A stretch of DNA of 64,000 nucleotides from Armatimonadota bacterium (GCA_041690135.1 JAWLHY010000003.1:640001-704000), one strand, 5' to 3'; positions 49,306 through 58,566 are shown, counted from the stretch's first letter. Numbers and translations: made by a program. Notes: generated by a model not told the origin, from the sequence alone.

Positions 49306-50247
49306 CTAGGCGGCTCCATGCCAGGCCCGGACCGCCGCGATGGCGGAGTGGTCCGGAACGAAATGAAAATCGAGCGCGGGGACGGTCTCTGCCAGGTCCT
49401 GCAAGGAGTCCAGGGTGAGTTGCAAGCCCTCCGGGTCATAGAACGGAGGGAAGCTCGCCGCGAACAGCCGGGCCACCGCTTCCGTCACGGGCAGCAGCCG
49501 GAGCGTGTTGCCCGGCCCGTGGTGAAGGAAGAAGAGCCCATCCAACCGGGCGCTTCCCGGTTCGGCGGTGCCGGCGTCGCTCTGCCAGGGCGTTCCGTAG
49601 ACCCGCAACTCCTCTCCCCGCCTCCGGACGACCACCCGATCGTCCGCCAGGACGGTGGCGCCGCTCTCGCGAGTCCACAGCCGGGCCAGCGTGCTCTTCC
49701 CCTGGCCGGAGGCGCCCACGAACAACAGGCCCGCCCCGCATGTCAATCGCACCGCACACCCGTGCAGCTCCACTCCGCCCCGCCGGGCCAGCAGGCGCAG
49801 CAGCAGGAGCTCATCCAACGGGGACTGGAGGGGATGAACCGGTTCATCCGGAGGAAAGGCACTCCGGCGCAGGAGCACCTCTCCCCGGCAACCGTCCCGG
49901 TCCAGCCGCGCGACCGCGAAGGGCCGGCTGCCGTGCCGGGGCGCGGCTAGCCGGAACTCCAGGTCTTCTCCCCGGTCGTAGAGCTTCCACACGGCGCCGG
50001 AGTCGAAGCGGAGCGGCAGGTCCGGAAGGGGCGTGTCCGTTCCCCAGCAGGCCGTGATCCGGCAGTCGGGCCGGGTGCTCTCCTTCGGGGTCAACTGGAA
50101 CTTCCGGGCCGTGCCGGTGGCAGCGGGCGCCAGATCGGGGGAGCCCGAGCGGACTGCCACGACCAGACCGCCGAGACCGAGAGTAAACCCGGGCGTGGAG
50201 GAACCCGCGCCCGGTACTGGAGGAGCTGCCATCATACCGCTGGACAC
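49306..50247 (-). CDS. HprK-related kinase-like protein
   Basis: LHGCAV, Walker A GASGQGKST, LADDRVVV, YGTPW. Confidence 0.82.
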   Translation of the reverse strand: MSSGMMAAPPVPGAGSSTPGFTLGLGGLVVAVRSGSPDLAPAATGTARKFQLTPKESTRPDCRITACWGTDTPLPDLPLRFDSGAVWKLYDRGEDLEFRLAAPRHGSRPFAVARLDRDGCRGEVLLRRSAFPPDEPVHPLQSPLDELLLLRLLARRGGVELHGCAVRLTCGAGLLFVGASGQGKSTLARLWTRESGATVLADDRVVVRRRGEELRVYGTPWQSDAGTAEPGSARLDGLFFLHHGPGNTLRLLPVTEAVARLFAASFPPFYDPEGLQLTLDSLQDLAETVPALDFHFVPDHSAIAAVRAWHGAA

Positions 50248-50259
50248 GGGTGGGATGGA

Positions 50260-50439
50260 TCAGGAGCCGATGGTCAGGCACGCGGCCGGGGTCAGGCAGT
50301 CCACCTGCACCGGGCCGGAAACGCCGACGTTGCGGCAGGCGCCCAGCACCGCCTGCTCGGGCCGCAGCTCGACTCGCTGGATCTGGGGCTTCCGGTAGAC
50401 CTTTTTGGAGCCCGCGGCCCCGGTGGTTTCGTGTTCCAT
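50260..50439 (-). CDS. putative RiPP precursor peptide, 59 aa (not in ORF track)
   Basis: MEHETTGAAGSKKVYRKPQIQRVELRPEQAVLGACRNVGVSGPVQVDCLTPAACLTIGS; YxxP leader motif, 3 Cys, C-terminal Ser; fills the rSAM-kinase gap. Confidence 0.85.
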   Translation of the reverse strand: MEHETTGAAGSKKVYRKPQIQRVELRPEQAVLGACRNVGVSGPVQVDCLTPAACLTIGS

Positions 50440-50472
50440 CTTGATTGTTTCTGTTTCTTTACGGAGTGGGGT

Positions 50473-51690
50473 TCAGCTCGCCTGGAGCACGGGAAGCGCT
50501 ACCCAGGGTCGCGTTTCCGCCTGCTCGACGCGGGAATGGAGCCGGCGCGCCTCCTCGGTGACTTGCGGGTACCGGGAGCCGCCTGCGCAGTAGTCGCAGT
50601 CGCCGTGCGGAGGCACCTCCGCCCCCAGGGCATGGGCGCGGAGGTGGGCGACGTGACAGTGAAAATCGACGGGTTCCTCTTTGTCGCCGTGGTTCAGCTC
50701 GCCGTTGGCGGGGCACATCCCGCACAGGAGCTTCAGGCGGCAGTGGGTGCACTTCGTCTCCCGGGTCCGCCGGGCGTCGCGCACCCCGCGCAGGAAACTC
50801 TCCCACCCCTCCCGGAAGCTGCCCCGGCGCAGGTCGTAGTGGTCCTGGTGCGAGATTACGCAGGCGCTCATCCGCCCATAGGGGTCCACGGCGAAGGAGC
50901 TCACCCCCGCCCCGCAGCTATAGACCTCCTCGGCGTGCACCGTCACCGGGAGCGGCTCGCCGATCCGCGCCGCCGTGTCCCGCCAGCCGGCCCGCCGGAC
51001 CGGGTCCTCCAGGTCCAGCTCCACCGCGTCTTCCGGCGTGAGGCGGACGGCCAGCGGACTGCTGGAGCAGTCGATCCGCGGGTTGAGCAGCGCGTCGAAC
51101 TTGAACTCCACGCCCCGGGCCTTGGCGAACTGCTTCATGGCGGCCAGCTCGTGGCGGTTCTGACGGGTGACCGTGGTCTTCAACCGAAGCGGCAAGTTCC
51201 GCTCCAGCAGCAGGTCGATGCCGCGGAGGCAGCGATCGTAGGAGCCGGGAACACCCGTCACGGCCTCGTACACCTCCCGCGTGGCCCCGTAGAGGGTGAT
51301 CTCCATGCGGAAGGGCGGCCATTCCGCAAGGGTGTCCGCAATCCGCGGCGTGATCAGGGTGCCGTTGGTGAAGAGGGTGATGAAGAAGCCGTGCTGCTTG
51401 GCGAGGATGTGGATATCCAGGAAATCCGGCCGCGCGAAGATCTCTCCCCCGGTCAACAGCAGCCAGAGGGTGCCGGCCTCCGCCATCTCCGCCATCAAGC
51501 GCGCGTACTCGGCCGTGGAGAGTTCGCGCTCGCGCGCCGCGGCATCCGCCATGGGGAGATTGTTGTAGCACATCCGGCATTCGAGGGGACACCGCAGCGT
51601 CACCTCCAGCGTCCCGCTCACCGGGATCCTTCCGGGCTCCACCTGGGACTTGAGCCGGTGGCCCCAGTCCATGTAACCAAGCTGCTCCAT
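50473..51690 (-). CDS. radical SAM / SPASM-domain peptide maturase
   Basis: CPLECRMC, TGGE, FTNG; SPASM CGAG...C...CTHC..KLLCGMCPA...C plus a distal CDYC. Confidence 0.93.
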   Translation of the reverse strand: MEQLGYMDWGHRLKSQVEPGRIPVSGTLEVTLRCPLECRMCYNNLPMADAAARERELSTAEYARLMAEMAEAGTLWLLLTGGEIFARPDFLDIHILAKQHGFFITLFTNGTLITPRIADTLAEWPPFRMEITLYGATREVYEAVTGVPGSYDRCLRGIDLLLERNLPLRLKTTVTRQNRHELAAMKQFAKARGVEFKFDALLNPRIDCSSSPLAVRLTPEDAVELDLEDPVRRAGWRDTAARIGEPLPVTVHAEEVYSCGAGVSSFAVDPYGRMSACVISHQDHYDLRRGSFREGWESFLRGVRDARRTRETKCTHCRLKLLCGMCPANGELNHGDKEEPVDFHCHVAHLRAHALGAEVPPHGDCDYCAGGSRYPQVTEEARRLHSRVEQAETRPWVALPVLQAS

Positions 51691-52272
51691 GGGGTACTTC
51701 TATACGTTCGGCAGGGGAGGGCCCACGATCCGGGAGAGAACGGCCCAATTGCGGCGACGCCGGAGCGGACCCGGCGCTACAGGGCCCGCCCGACTTCGGT
51801 GTCTCAGCCCCAAATCATCTTCGGGATCGAGCTTGAGAACCCGCATGAACTACACAGGTAATCTTCTTTTCGAGGGGCATACTCCTGCATTAGGGATTAA
51901 AATCCCCAATTTCTATCAGTAGACAGGGACAAAAATCCTTGTTCGCCAGGCAAGCAAATAGCTGGAGGAGGTAGGGAACGGGTTAGCGGGAGTGAACCCC
52001 AGCGGTTGGAACCGTCAGATAGCGGGGGAGAGTACCGGAATACGGGACAAGCCTCTGCTCCGCATAGAAGCTGGTTGGTAGTCGGGAAAGAGAGGAAATG
52101 ATGTTCCATTCCAGCCTGGAGCTTAGCCGCGACGCCGGGGCGAAGCACGCCCGGTTTGGGTTCTGGAGCGATAACCAGGACACGCTTCGCCTGTCGCAGC
52201 GTTTTCACGCGCAGGTCGTCCGCACGCCGGTCCTGCTCGCGCGCGCCCTCTCCTCAACGGACGCGACCGCCC

Positions 52273-52860
52273 ATGCTTCCTCCTGAGCGGCAAGCCGAGA
52301 TCATCGTGGTCACCGGACTTCCGCGCTCCGGGACCTCCCTGGCCATGCAGATGCTGGCTGCCGGCGGATTACCCCTGCTCACGGACAACGTCCGGCCGCC
52401 GGACGACGACAACCCCCGCGGCTACTGCGAGTATGCTCCCGTGCTGCGGACCGCCAGGGATGCCTCCTGGGTCTCGCAGGCGGAAGGCCGGGCCGTTAAG
52501 GTGGTCCATGCGTTGATCGCCCACCTTCCGGCGGGCCACCGCTACCGGGTCATCCTGATGGACCGCCCGCTCCCGCAGGTTCTCGCGTCCCAGCGGAAGA
52601 TGCTTGCCCTCCTCGGCCGGCCGGGGGCCTCCTTAACGGAGGAACAGCTGGCCGCCGTGTTCGCGCGCCAGTTGGAGGAGATCGTGAACTGGATGGAGCA
52701 GTCGCCCGAGATTTCCTGGTTCCGCCTTCGCTACCCGGAGGTCGTTGCCGACCCGGCCTGGGCCGCGACGGCCCTCAACCGGTTCCTGGGGGGAGGCCTC
52801 AACGAGAAAGCGATGGCCTCCGTGGTGGACCCGTCGTTGTACCGGCAGAAGCATCCTTGA
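52273..52860 (+). CDS. sulfotransferase family protein
   Basis: VVTGLPRSGTS PAPS-binding loop, DDDNPRGY.E, VILMDRP..QVLASQ. Confidence 0.87.
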   Translation: MLPPERQAEIIVVTGLPRSGTSLAMQMLAAGGLPLLTDNVRPPDDDNPRGYCEYAPVLRTARDASWVSQAEGRAVKVVHALIAHLPAGHRYRVILMDRPLPQVLASQRKMLALLGRPGASLTEEQLAAVFARQLEEIVNWMEQSPEISWFRLRYPEVVADPAWAATALNRFLGGGLNEKAMASVVDPSLYRQKHP

Positions 52861-52943
52861 CCCGTCACCAATTCCAATGCCCCGCCTGAATGGCGGCAAG
52901 TGCAGTTCGGCGACTCTGGATACTGGGAGCGAGACCGCCACGG

Positions 52944-53640
52944 GGTGAACCGTAGAGCGGTTGAGGCATGCCCGGAGTCCCGCTGCAAGGCGGGCCTTCG
53001 CGAGCGGGGGGTCCGGATCCCATGATGGAGAGCGGTGTGCTCCTGGTACCAGCGGGAGCCGTGGTAGACGAGGACGGGCACCCGCAATAACGGTTGCGGG
53101 AGGTCTGGATCCCGTGATGGAGAGCAGTGTGCTCCTGGTATCGGCGGGAACTAGGGTAGACGGTGACGGGCGCCCGTATCAGAAGTCGCGAAGGCCCGCC
53201 TCGCAGCGGGACTCCGTCAAGCACCATGAAAGGTTACTGATAACTGTGCCGGGCTTCTAATGCCCAACTCGCCAACCCGGACTCGAAGCTTTGAAGATTG
53301 ACCAAAGCTTCAGCGCCCCTGTGCTGAGCCTGGAAAGTTGCAAGAGCCGTTTGGCGCTTCCAGGTGCTGGAGGCGGGGCGGGCATGGGTTGTACCGTAGT
53401 ATGCACGGGCCATGCCCGGAGTCCCGCTGCAAGGCGGGTCTTCGCGAGCGGGGGATCCGGATCCCATGATGCAGAGCGGAGCGCGCCCAGGTACCAGCGG
53501 GAGCCGTAGTGGACGATGACGGGCACCCGTACCAGAAGTCGCGAAGGCCCGCCTCGCAGCGGGACTCCGTCAAGCACCATGAGCGGTGTGCGATCACTGT
53601 GCCAGGCTTCTAACGCTCAACTCGCTAATCCGGACTCGAA
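52944..53640. repeat. tandem composite REPIN/MITE-like element, 2 units (family A, inverted relative to the 3.3-kb copy)
   Basis: IR pairs at 52973-53003/53186-53216 and 53417-53447/53539-53569; period 444 bp; internal ~90-bp module present twice in unit 1 and once in unit 2. Confidence 0.87.
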
Positions 53641-53710
53641 ACCTCATTCCCTGGAAGCGTGCCCCTGCGGTACGTGACGAAGCCCATTTAGGCTGGAAAC
53701 CAGGGAGCGG

Positions 53711-55186
53711 TTATTCCTTGACGGAGCCATAACCTTGCTGGCTAGCCTGCCAGCCGGAGAGGCGCTTGAGGAGGGGGCGCAGTGCGGCGCGGTACATGGG
53801 GCTGTCGGGGTGGCGGCCCGCGAACTCGGCCAGCATCCGGTTCTCGCGGCGGAGCTCGGCGGCGGCCTCGGCTTGCAGGCGAGTGCGCTCCGCCTCGTCC
53901 ACGCCGGCCCAGAACTGGTCGAACTCCGCTTCCGCCCGGGCCTGCTGCTCCTCCCGGGTGGCCTGTTCCGCTTCCCGGGCTCGAACGCGCTCAGTACGGG
54001 CCTGGGCCTCCTGGGCCTGCATCCAGCCGGGAGGCGCCGACCATCCCTCCCGGATCGATTTCACCAGCACCCCGCCCGGGTTCTTCGCGTCCCGGTAGGG
54101 GAGGTAATCCAGTTGCCGGTCGCACTCCTCCGGGACCGACCGCGCAAGGTCGAGGGCATCCTTGCGCGAGACCCCCTGCTCCATCAGGCGACGGCTGCGC
54201 GACTGTATCTCTTCCGGCACCGAAGGCGGCGCAGGACTGGGGGCCGAAGCGGAGGCCGAAGGCGGTGCCGGAGCGGGGGATGGAGTGGCAGCCGGGGTTT
54301 TCTCCACCACGAGATCCGGCAAGGTAAGGCGGCCGTCGCGGGTGGGGAAGCGATAGATGACCATCAACTCGCCCGGCTGCGTCCGCATCTCCGCATACTC
54401 CGTGGCGAGCAGGAAGCCCCGGTCGATGAGCTCCTGGTGCGCGGGATCGAGCTTCCGCTTGATCTGGGAGGGGTAGTAGTTGCGGGAGAGCCCCAGGTGC
54501 TCGAACGCCAGCTTGCGCAGGCCGATGCGGTAGAGCGGCTTGCCGTCGTACCGTTTCGCGTCCAGGTAGCGGTAGAGCGCCTTGGCGATGGAGCTTTCCA
54601 GCGAAAGGAAGAGGTGCACGTCCAGGCTCTTCAGGTAGCCCGCCTGCATGTTCCGGTAGAGATAGGGGCTCCAGGTGATCCAGCTCGGAAAGAGCGCCGG
54701 CTCGTCGGTCCCCGCCTCGCGGCTGCCGGTGATGTCGAACTCCGCGATGATGCCGATCGATCGCTCCCGTTCCCACCGGCGCTTCTGGGCATCGAAGAAG
54801 GCGTTCTTGGCCGAGATGGAGATCCCGCGCAGGCGGTGCAGCCCCGTTACCAGCCGCTCGTAGCTGCGGCCGTGCTGGTCCCACCCCAAACGTTCGATCA
54901 ACTCGTAGCGCGAAAAGGTGACCCGCTCCGGGAAGGACTGCTCCCGCGTCAACTCCATCAGCACCACGTAGAGATCCACGTCCGCCGAGGTGGGCAGTCC
55001 GTACTTGGGGCTACCCTGAACGACCCATTCCTTCTCCCCGTCTCGAAACTCGATGACCAGGGGGCTTTCCTTGGACCCACGGCTCGCCAGGACGGCAAAC
55101 GGAAATTCCGTCAGGTTCAGTTCATCGCGACCCGTGCGAGGGGCTACAGGGGCAAGGTCCAGGGGAAGCTCATTCTGGCCCGGCAT
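53711..55186 (-). CDS. repA: plasmid-type replication initiator protein (RPA / RepA-like)
   Basis: GRDELNLTEFPF, GLPT..D.D, V.FSRYEL, YLKSLD...F.SL.S..AK.LYRYLD, L.PA..EL...GFL; iteron array directly upstream. Confidence 0.8.
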   Translation of the reverse strand: MPGQNELPLDLAPVAPRTGRDELNLTEFPFAVLASRGSKESPLVIEFRDGEKEWVVQGSPKYGLPTSADVDLYVVLMELTREQSFPERVTFSRYELIERLGWDQHGRSYERLVTGLHRLRGISISAKNAFFDAQKRRWERERSIGIIAEFDITGSREAGTDEPALFPSWITWSPYLYRNMQAGYLKSLDVHLFLSLESSIAKALYRYLDAKRYDGKPLYRIGLRKLAFEHLGLSRNYYPSQIKRKLDPAHQELIDRGFLLATEYAEMRTQPGELMVIYRFPTRDGRLTLPDLVVEKTPAATPSPAPAPPSASASAPSPAPPSVPEEIQSRSRRLMEQGVSRKDALDLARSVPEECDRQLDYLPYRDAKNPGGVLVKSIREGWSAPPGWMQAQEAQARTERVRAREAEQATREEQQARAEAEFDQFWAGVDEAERTRLQAEAAAELRRENRMLAEFAGRHPDSPMYRAALRPLLKRLSGWQASQQGYGSVKE

Positions 55187-55326
55187 ACAACAACAACTCC
55201 TCCAGCCGCTGCTCCGAACGTTTGACCGGCGGGCAGTCGCGTAGTTCCAGTAGTTCCAAACGGGTGTTCTAAGTATAGTTCCAGAGCCCGAGAATGCCCT
55301 GATTCGGCCGTAGATTCCGAATGCGG

Positions 55327-55939
55327 CTTGCCTCATCTTCCGGTACGGCTTGCCTCACCGTCCGGTACCCCTTGCTCCGTTTTCCGGTACCCCTTGTCCC
55401 GCATTCCGGGGGCCCTTGCCCCGGCGTCCGGGGATTTCTTGCTTCGCCGTCCGGTACCCGCTCGGGCGCTGCCGGTGCAAGGGAATCCTGCTTCGCCGTC
55501 CGATACGGGGTGTCGTTTTGGGTCAGGCGCCGGAAGGGGCGCAGACCCCGAGTACCGCGGCCATCAGGCACGGGCTCTTGCCCCGTGGTCCGGTACGGTT
55601 AAGAGTGGGGTAGCCGGCTTTGCTGCGTGAGGAACCCGATCCCAGGCACGAAACGAACGGAAAAGGGATTGCGCGTCTCGTGCCTGGGGGCTCGATTCCG
55701 GGTTTGTCTCGCGGTCCGGTACGGGGCGCGGAGGCGGAGCTTGCCCCGAGTTCCGGTAGGCCGGCGGAATCGCTCGAATCCATCCTTGCTCCGGTGTCCG
55801 GTACATGGCCCATCCGGCGCTCCGGATTCAGCCCTTGCCCCGGATTCCGGTACTTCCGTCGATCCGTTCCGATTCACTCCTTGCCCCGTTGTCCGTGATT
55901 CACCGCCAGGAAAGGCGTTCTTGCCCCGTTTTCCGGTAC
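55327..55939. repeat. iteron array (consensus CTTGCCCCGNNNTCCGGTAC, about 13 copies), putative replication origin
   Basis: Copies at 55327, 55349, 55371, 55393, 55415, 55438 (22-23 bp period) and at 55487, 55577, 55740, 55785, 55834, 55880, 55920. Confidence 0.85.
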
Positions 55940-55966
55940 GGGAGGATCGGACCGGAAAACGGCGCG

Positions 55967-56713
55967 TCAGGGAACGATCTGGTGATCGGGGAAGTGCATG
56001 TGCCGGATCGTGGGGTACTTGCGCCAGGCGGCGTGGCCGTCGACAAAGGCGTAGTTCGTGCCGTCGTTATGCCGGCGGACGTTGAAGAGGGGCTCCACCG
56101 CGGCGAGACCGTTCCAGGCGTCGTAGTCGTCCTGGTTGTGGCCCTGGGCGGTGATGCCGCTCTCGCAGAAGAGGATCGTCTCCGCGGGGCTCACCATCCG
56201 GGGGTCGTCCTGCACGTACTTGTTGGCGGGCAGGGGATAGGTGGGATCGGCCGGCGGGGAGTTATGGGTGAAGTAGGCGTTGATGAGATAGCTGGGGCGC
56301 TCCACCCGGCCGGAGTTGGGGTTCACCAGGGCGGTGGCCGGGTCGCTGCGGCAGATGCCGATCCGGTCATTCTTCATGTAGGGCGCCAGCTCGTCTTTCC
56401 AGAAGATCTCCGCCAGGCCGGCGTGGTGGAAGTAGAGCTGCCCGTCGTGGTCCGCGAAGTACATCCCGGCCGCCAGCCCGATCTGGCGCAGGTTGGAGAG
56501 GCAGTCGATCGAGCGCGCCTTCTCCCGCACCTGCGCGAAGACGGGGAAGAGGATGGCGGCGAGGATGGCGATGATCGCTATCACCACGAGGAGCTCGATG
56601 AGCGTGAAAGCGCGGCGAGATCGATAAAGATAACGATAAGGATAAAGAGAAGAGTGGGAGGGAGCGAGTGGATAAGGGAGAGGATGAGGGGGGCGGGTGG
56701 AAAGGGGGTTCAT
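55967..56713 (-). CDS. prepilin-type DUF1559 / H-X9-DG protein (start uncertain)
   Basis: [42 protein letters not shown]; [15 protein letters not shown]. Confidence 0.9.
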   Translation of the reverse strand: MNPLSTRPPHPLPYPLAPSHSSLYPYRYLYRSRRAFTLIELLVVIAIIAILAAILFPVFAQVREKARSIDCLSNLRQIGLAAGMYFADHDGQLYFHHAGLAEIFWKDELAPYMKNDRIGICRSDPATALVNPNSGRVERPSYLINAYFTHNSPPADPTYPLPANKYVQDDPRMVSPAETILFCESGITAQGHNQDDYDAWNGLAAVEPLFNVRRHNDGTNYAFVDGHAAWRKYPTIRHMHFPDHQIVP

Positions 56714-56808
56714 ACGATTCTCCGAATCCTCATACATGAGGTCTGACAATCGTATCTCGGCAACGGCCCCCCTGCCCGTCCTCCGAGGGATTTAAGCGAG
56801 CGGATCGG

Positions 56809-58566
56809 TCACGGCGCCGTGGTGCCTTCGCGCAGCAGCGGCACGGCCTCCGCGGCGTTGGGGCCCACCACCGCGGTGATACGGTCCCCCGCGTGGATGC
56901 GGGTGGCGGCCGTGGGGACCTCCTCCTTCACGCCCCGGCGCACGGTGACGAGCACGCAGCCCGGCGGCAGACCCAGGTCGCGGACGGCGCGCCCCTCGAA
57001 CGGCGCGCCCGGATACACGGGCAGTTCCAGTAACAGGGCCCCCTCCAGTTCCGGGTTCGCCTGGCCGCGCAGGAGGTCCCGCTCCAGCAGCGCCTCGTAG
57101 ATCGGGCGGTCTCCCAGGTAGTCCGCCACCCCGTAAGCGGTGAGACAGGCGACCAGCAGCGGCAGCACGAGGGAGTAGTTGCCGGTCATCTCCACGATCA
57201 GCACGATGCCGGTGAGCGGCGCCCGCACGACGGCGGTGAAGTAGGCGCCCATCCCGACCACCGCGAAGTGCTCCGCCGGGCCCATCCCCTGCGGAAAGAT
57301 CTTGAGGGAGAGGAGCCCCACCGCCAGGCCGAGCTGCGCGCCCAGCACCAGCAGCGGCGCGAAGATCCCGCCGGGGGCGCCGCACCCGTAGCTGGCCATG
57401 GTGAGGCCGAAGCGCAGCAGGAAGAAGGCGGGCAGTAGATCGAGCGGCTCGCGGGCGTGGAGGGCCCGCTCCACCAGGGAATGACCGCCGCCCAGGGCCT
57501 CCGGCCAGAACCAGCCGACCAACCCCACCGCGGCGCCGACCCCCGCAGCGAGCTGCCACGCCGGTCGCCGCCGGAAGCGGCCGAAGAAATCGAGGCTGGC
57601 CACCAGGGCCCGGTTGAACGCCACCCCTAGTAACGCGGCAGCCAGGCCCAGCACCAGGAACGCGGGCAGGGAGGACAGCGGCGGGATCGACTGACTGGCC
57701 GTGTGGAAGACCGGCAACTGCCCCAGCAGGAGGCGAGCGGTGACGTCCGCCACCACCGAGGCGATGAACGCGGCGGTGAACACGGTGGGAGAGAAGTCCC
57801 GCTGGACCTCCTCCAGCACGAACATCAGGCCGGCGAGCGGCGCGTTGAAGGCGGCGGCCACCCCCGCTCCCGCCCCCGCGGCGGTGAGGGTCTGTCGTTC
57901 CCGCGGGGTGCAGGCGAACCAGCGGCTGACCATCTCGCCCACCGCACCGCCCATTTGCACGGTCGGCCCCTCGCGTCCCAGCGCCAACCCACCGCCGATG
58001 CCCGCAACCCCTCCCAGGAACTTCACCGGGATGACGCGCTGCCACGGCATCCCCTTGAGGCGGTGCAGCACCGCCTTGAGATGCGGGATACCGCTGCCGG
58101 CGGCTTCCGGCGCGTAACGCCGCACCAGGAACACGGCCACCCCCGCTCCCAGCGCCCCCCACAGCACGGGAACCAGGATCCCACCGAACGGCAGGGTGTG
58201 GGACCACCGGATGAGGCCGGTGCGGAAATCGTCCCCCGCCCGCAGCACCAGTCGGAACGCCACGGCCAGCAGTCCGGCGAGGAGGCCCACCAGCACCGCC
58301 CGGGGAAACTGCCGCCGCCGCAACTCGTGGGTGTTAACGAAGTCCTGGATTTCGCCCTGGACGATCTCCGGGGTGATCCCGTCCGGCTCCGGTCCTTCCC
58401 CTTGTTGCTCGCCTGACGCCCGAGGGGCGTCGCGGGATAGCTGCTGGGGCGGGGGGACGGGGGCGGAAGAACCGGGGGTAGGATCGGTGTCGGTCGTGGG
58501 CGGCATACTGCTTTCAGGGATTGGGGTGGGTCCGACAGGGAACGGGGGAACGGGCTGTCCGGTCAT
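56809..58566 (-). CDS. clcA: ClC H+/Cl- antiporter with C-terminal TrkA-C domain (may start at 58506)
   Basis: GSGIP, GREGP, FVLEE, GIFAP and PIY motifs all intact. Confidence 0.93.
   Translation of the reverse strand: MTGQPVPPFPVGPTPIPESSMPPTTDTDPTPGSSAPVPPPQQLSRDAPRASGEQQGEGPEPDGITPEIVQGEIQDFVNTHELRRRQFPRAVLVGLLAGLLAVAFRLVLRAGDDFRTGLIRWSHTLPFGGILVPVLWGALGAGVAVFLVRRYAPEAAGSGIPHLKAVLHRLKGMPWQRVIPVKFLGGVAGIGGGLALGREGPTVQMGGAVGEMVSRWFACTPRERQTLTAAGAGAGVAAAFNAPLAGLMFVLEEVQRDFSPTVFTAAFIASVVADVTARLLLGQLPVFHTASQSIPPLSSLPAFLVLGLAAALLGVAFNRALVASLDFFGRFRRRPAWQLAAGVGAAVGLVGWFWPEALGGGHSLVERALHAREPLDLLPAFFLLRFGLTMASYGCGAPGGIFAPLLVLGAQLGLAVGLLSLKIFPQGMGPAEHFAVVGMGAYFTAVVRAPLTGIVLIVEMTGNYSLVLPLLVACLTAYGVADYLGDRPIYEALLERDLLRGQANPELEGALLLELPVYPGAPFEGRAVRDLGLPPGCVLVTVRRGVKEEVPTAATRIHAGDRITAVVGPNAAEAVPLLREGTTAP

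Noticed and set aside
50260-50439. Precursor as a small lipoprotein (LGAC lipobox)
   Set aside because: No hydrophobic h-region precedes the Cys; the leader is charged and carries YxxP
43787-51690. Lasso peptide or PQQ biosynthesis cluster
   Set aside because: No asparagine-synthetase-like cyclase or B2 protease; no pqqB/pqqC; the precursor lacks the PqqA ExxxY motif
52098-52286. 62-aa ORF with GAGG RBS upstream of the sulfotransferase
   Set aside because: No motif or other support; overlaps the sulfotransferase start; left uncalled
52865-53597. Short repeated ORFs (MVLDGVPLRGGPSR...) as a peptide family or extra RiPP precursors
   Set aside because: They are translations of the inverted-repeat element; frames are not conserved between copies and there is no RBS
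55327-55460. Regularly spaced 20-bp repeats as a CRISPR array
   Set aside because: Only 2-3 nt separate the repeats, so there are no spacers; no cas genes; the adjacent rep gene supports iterons
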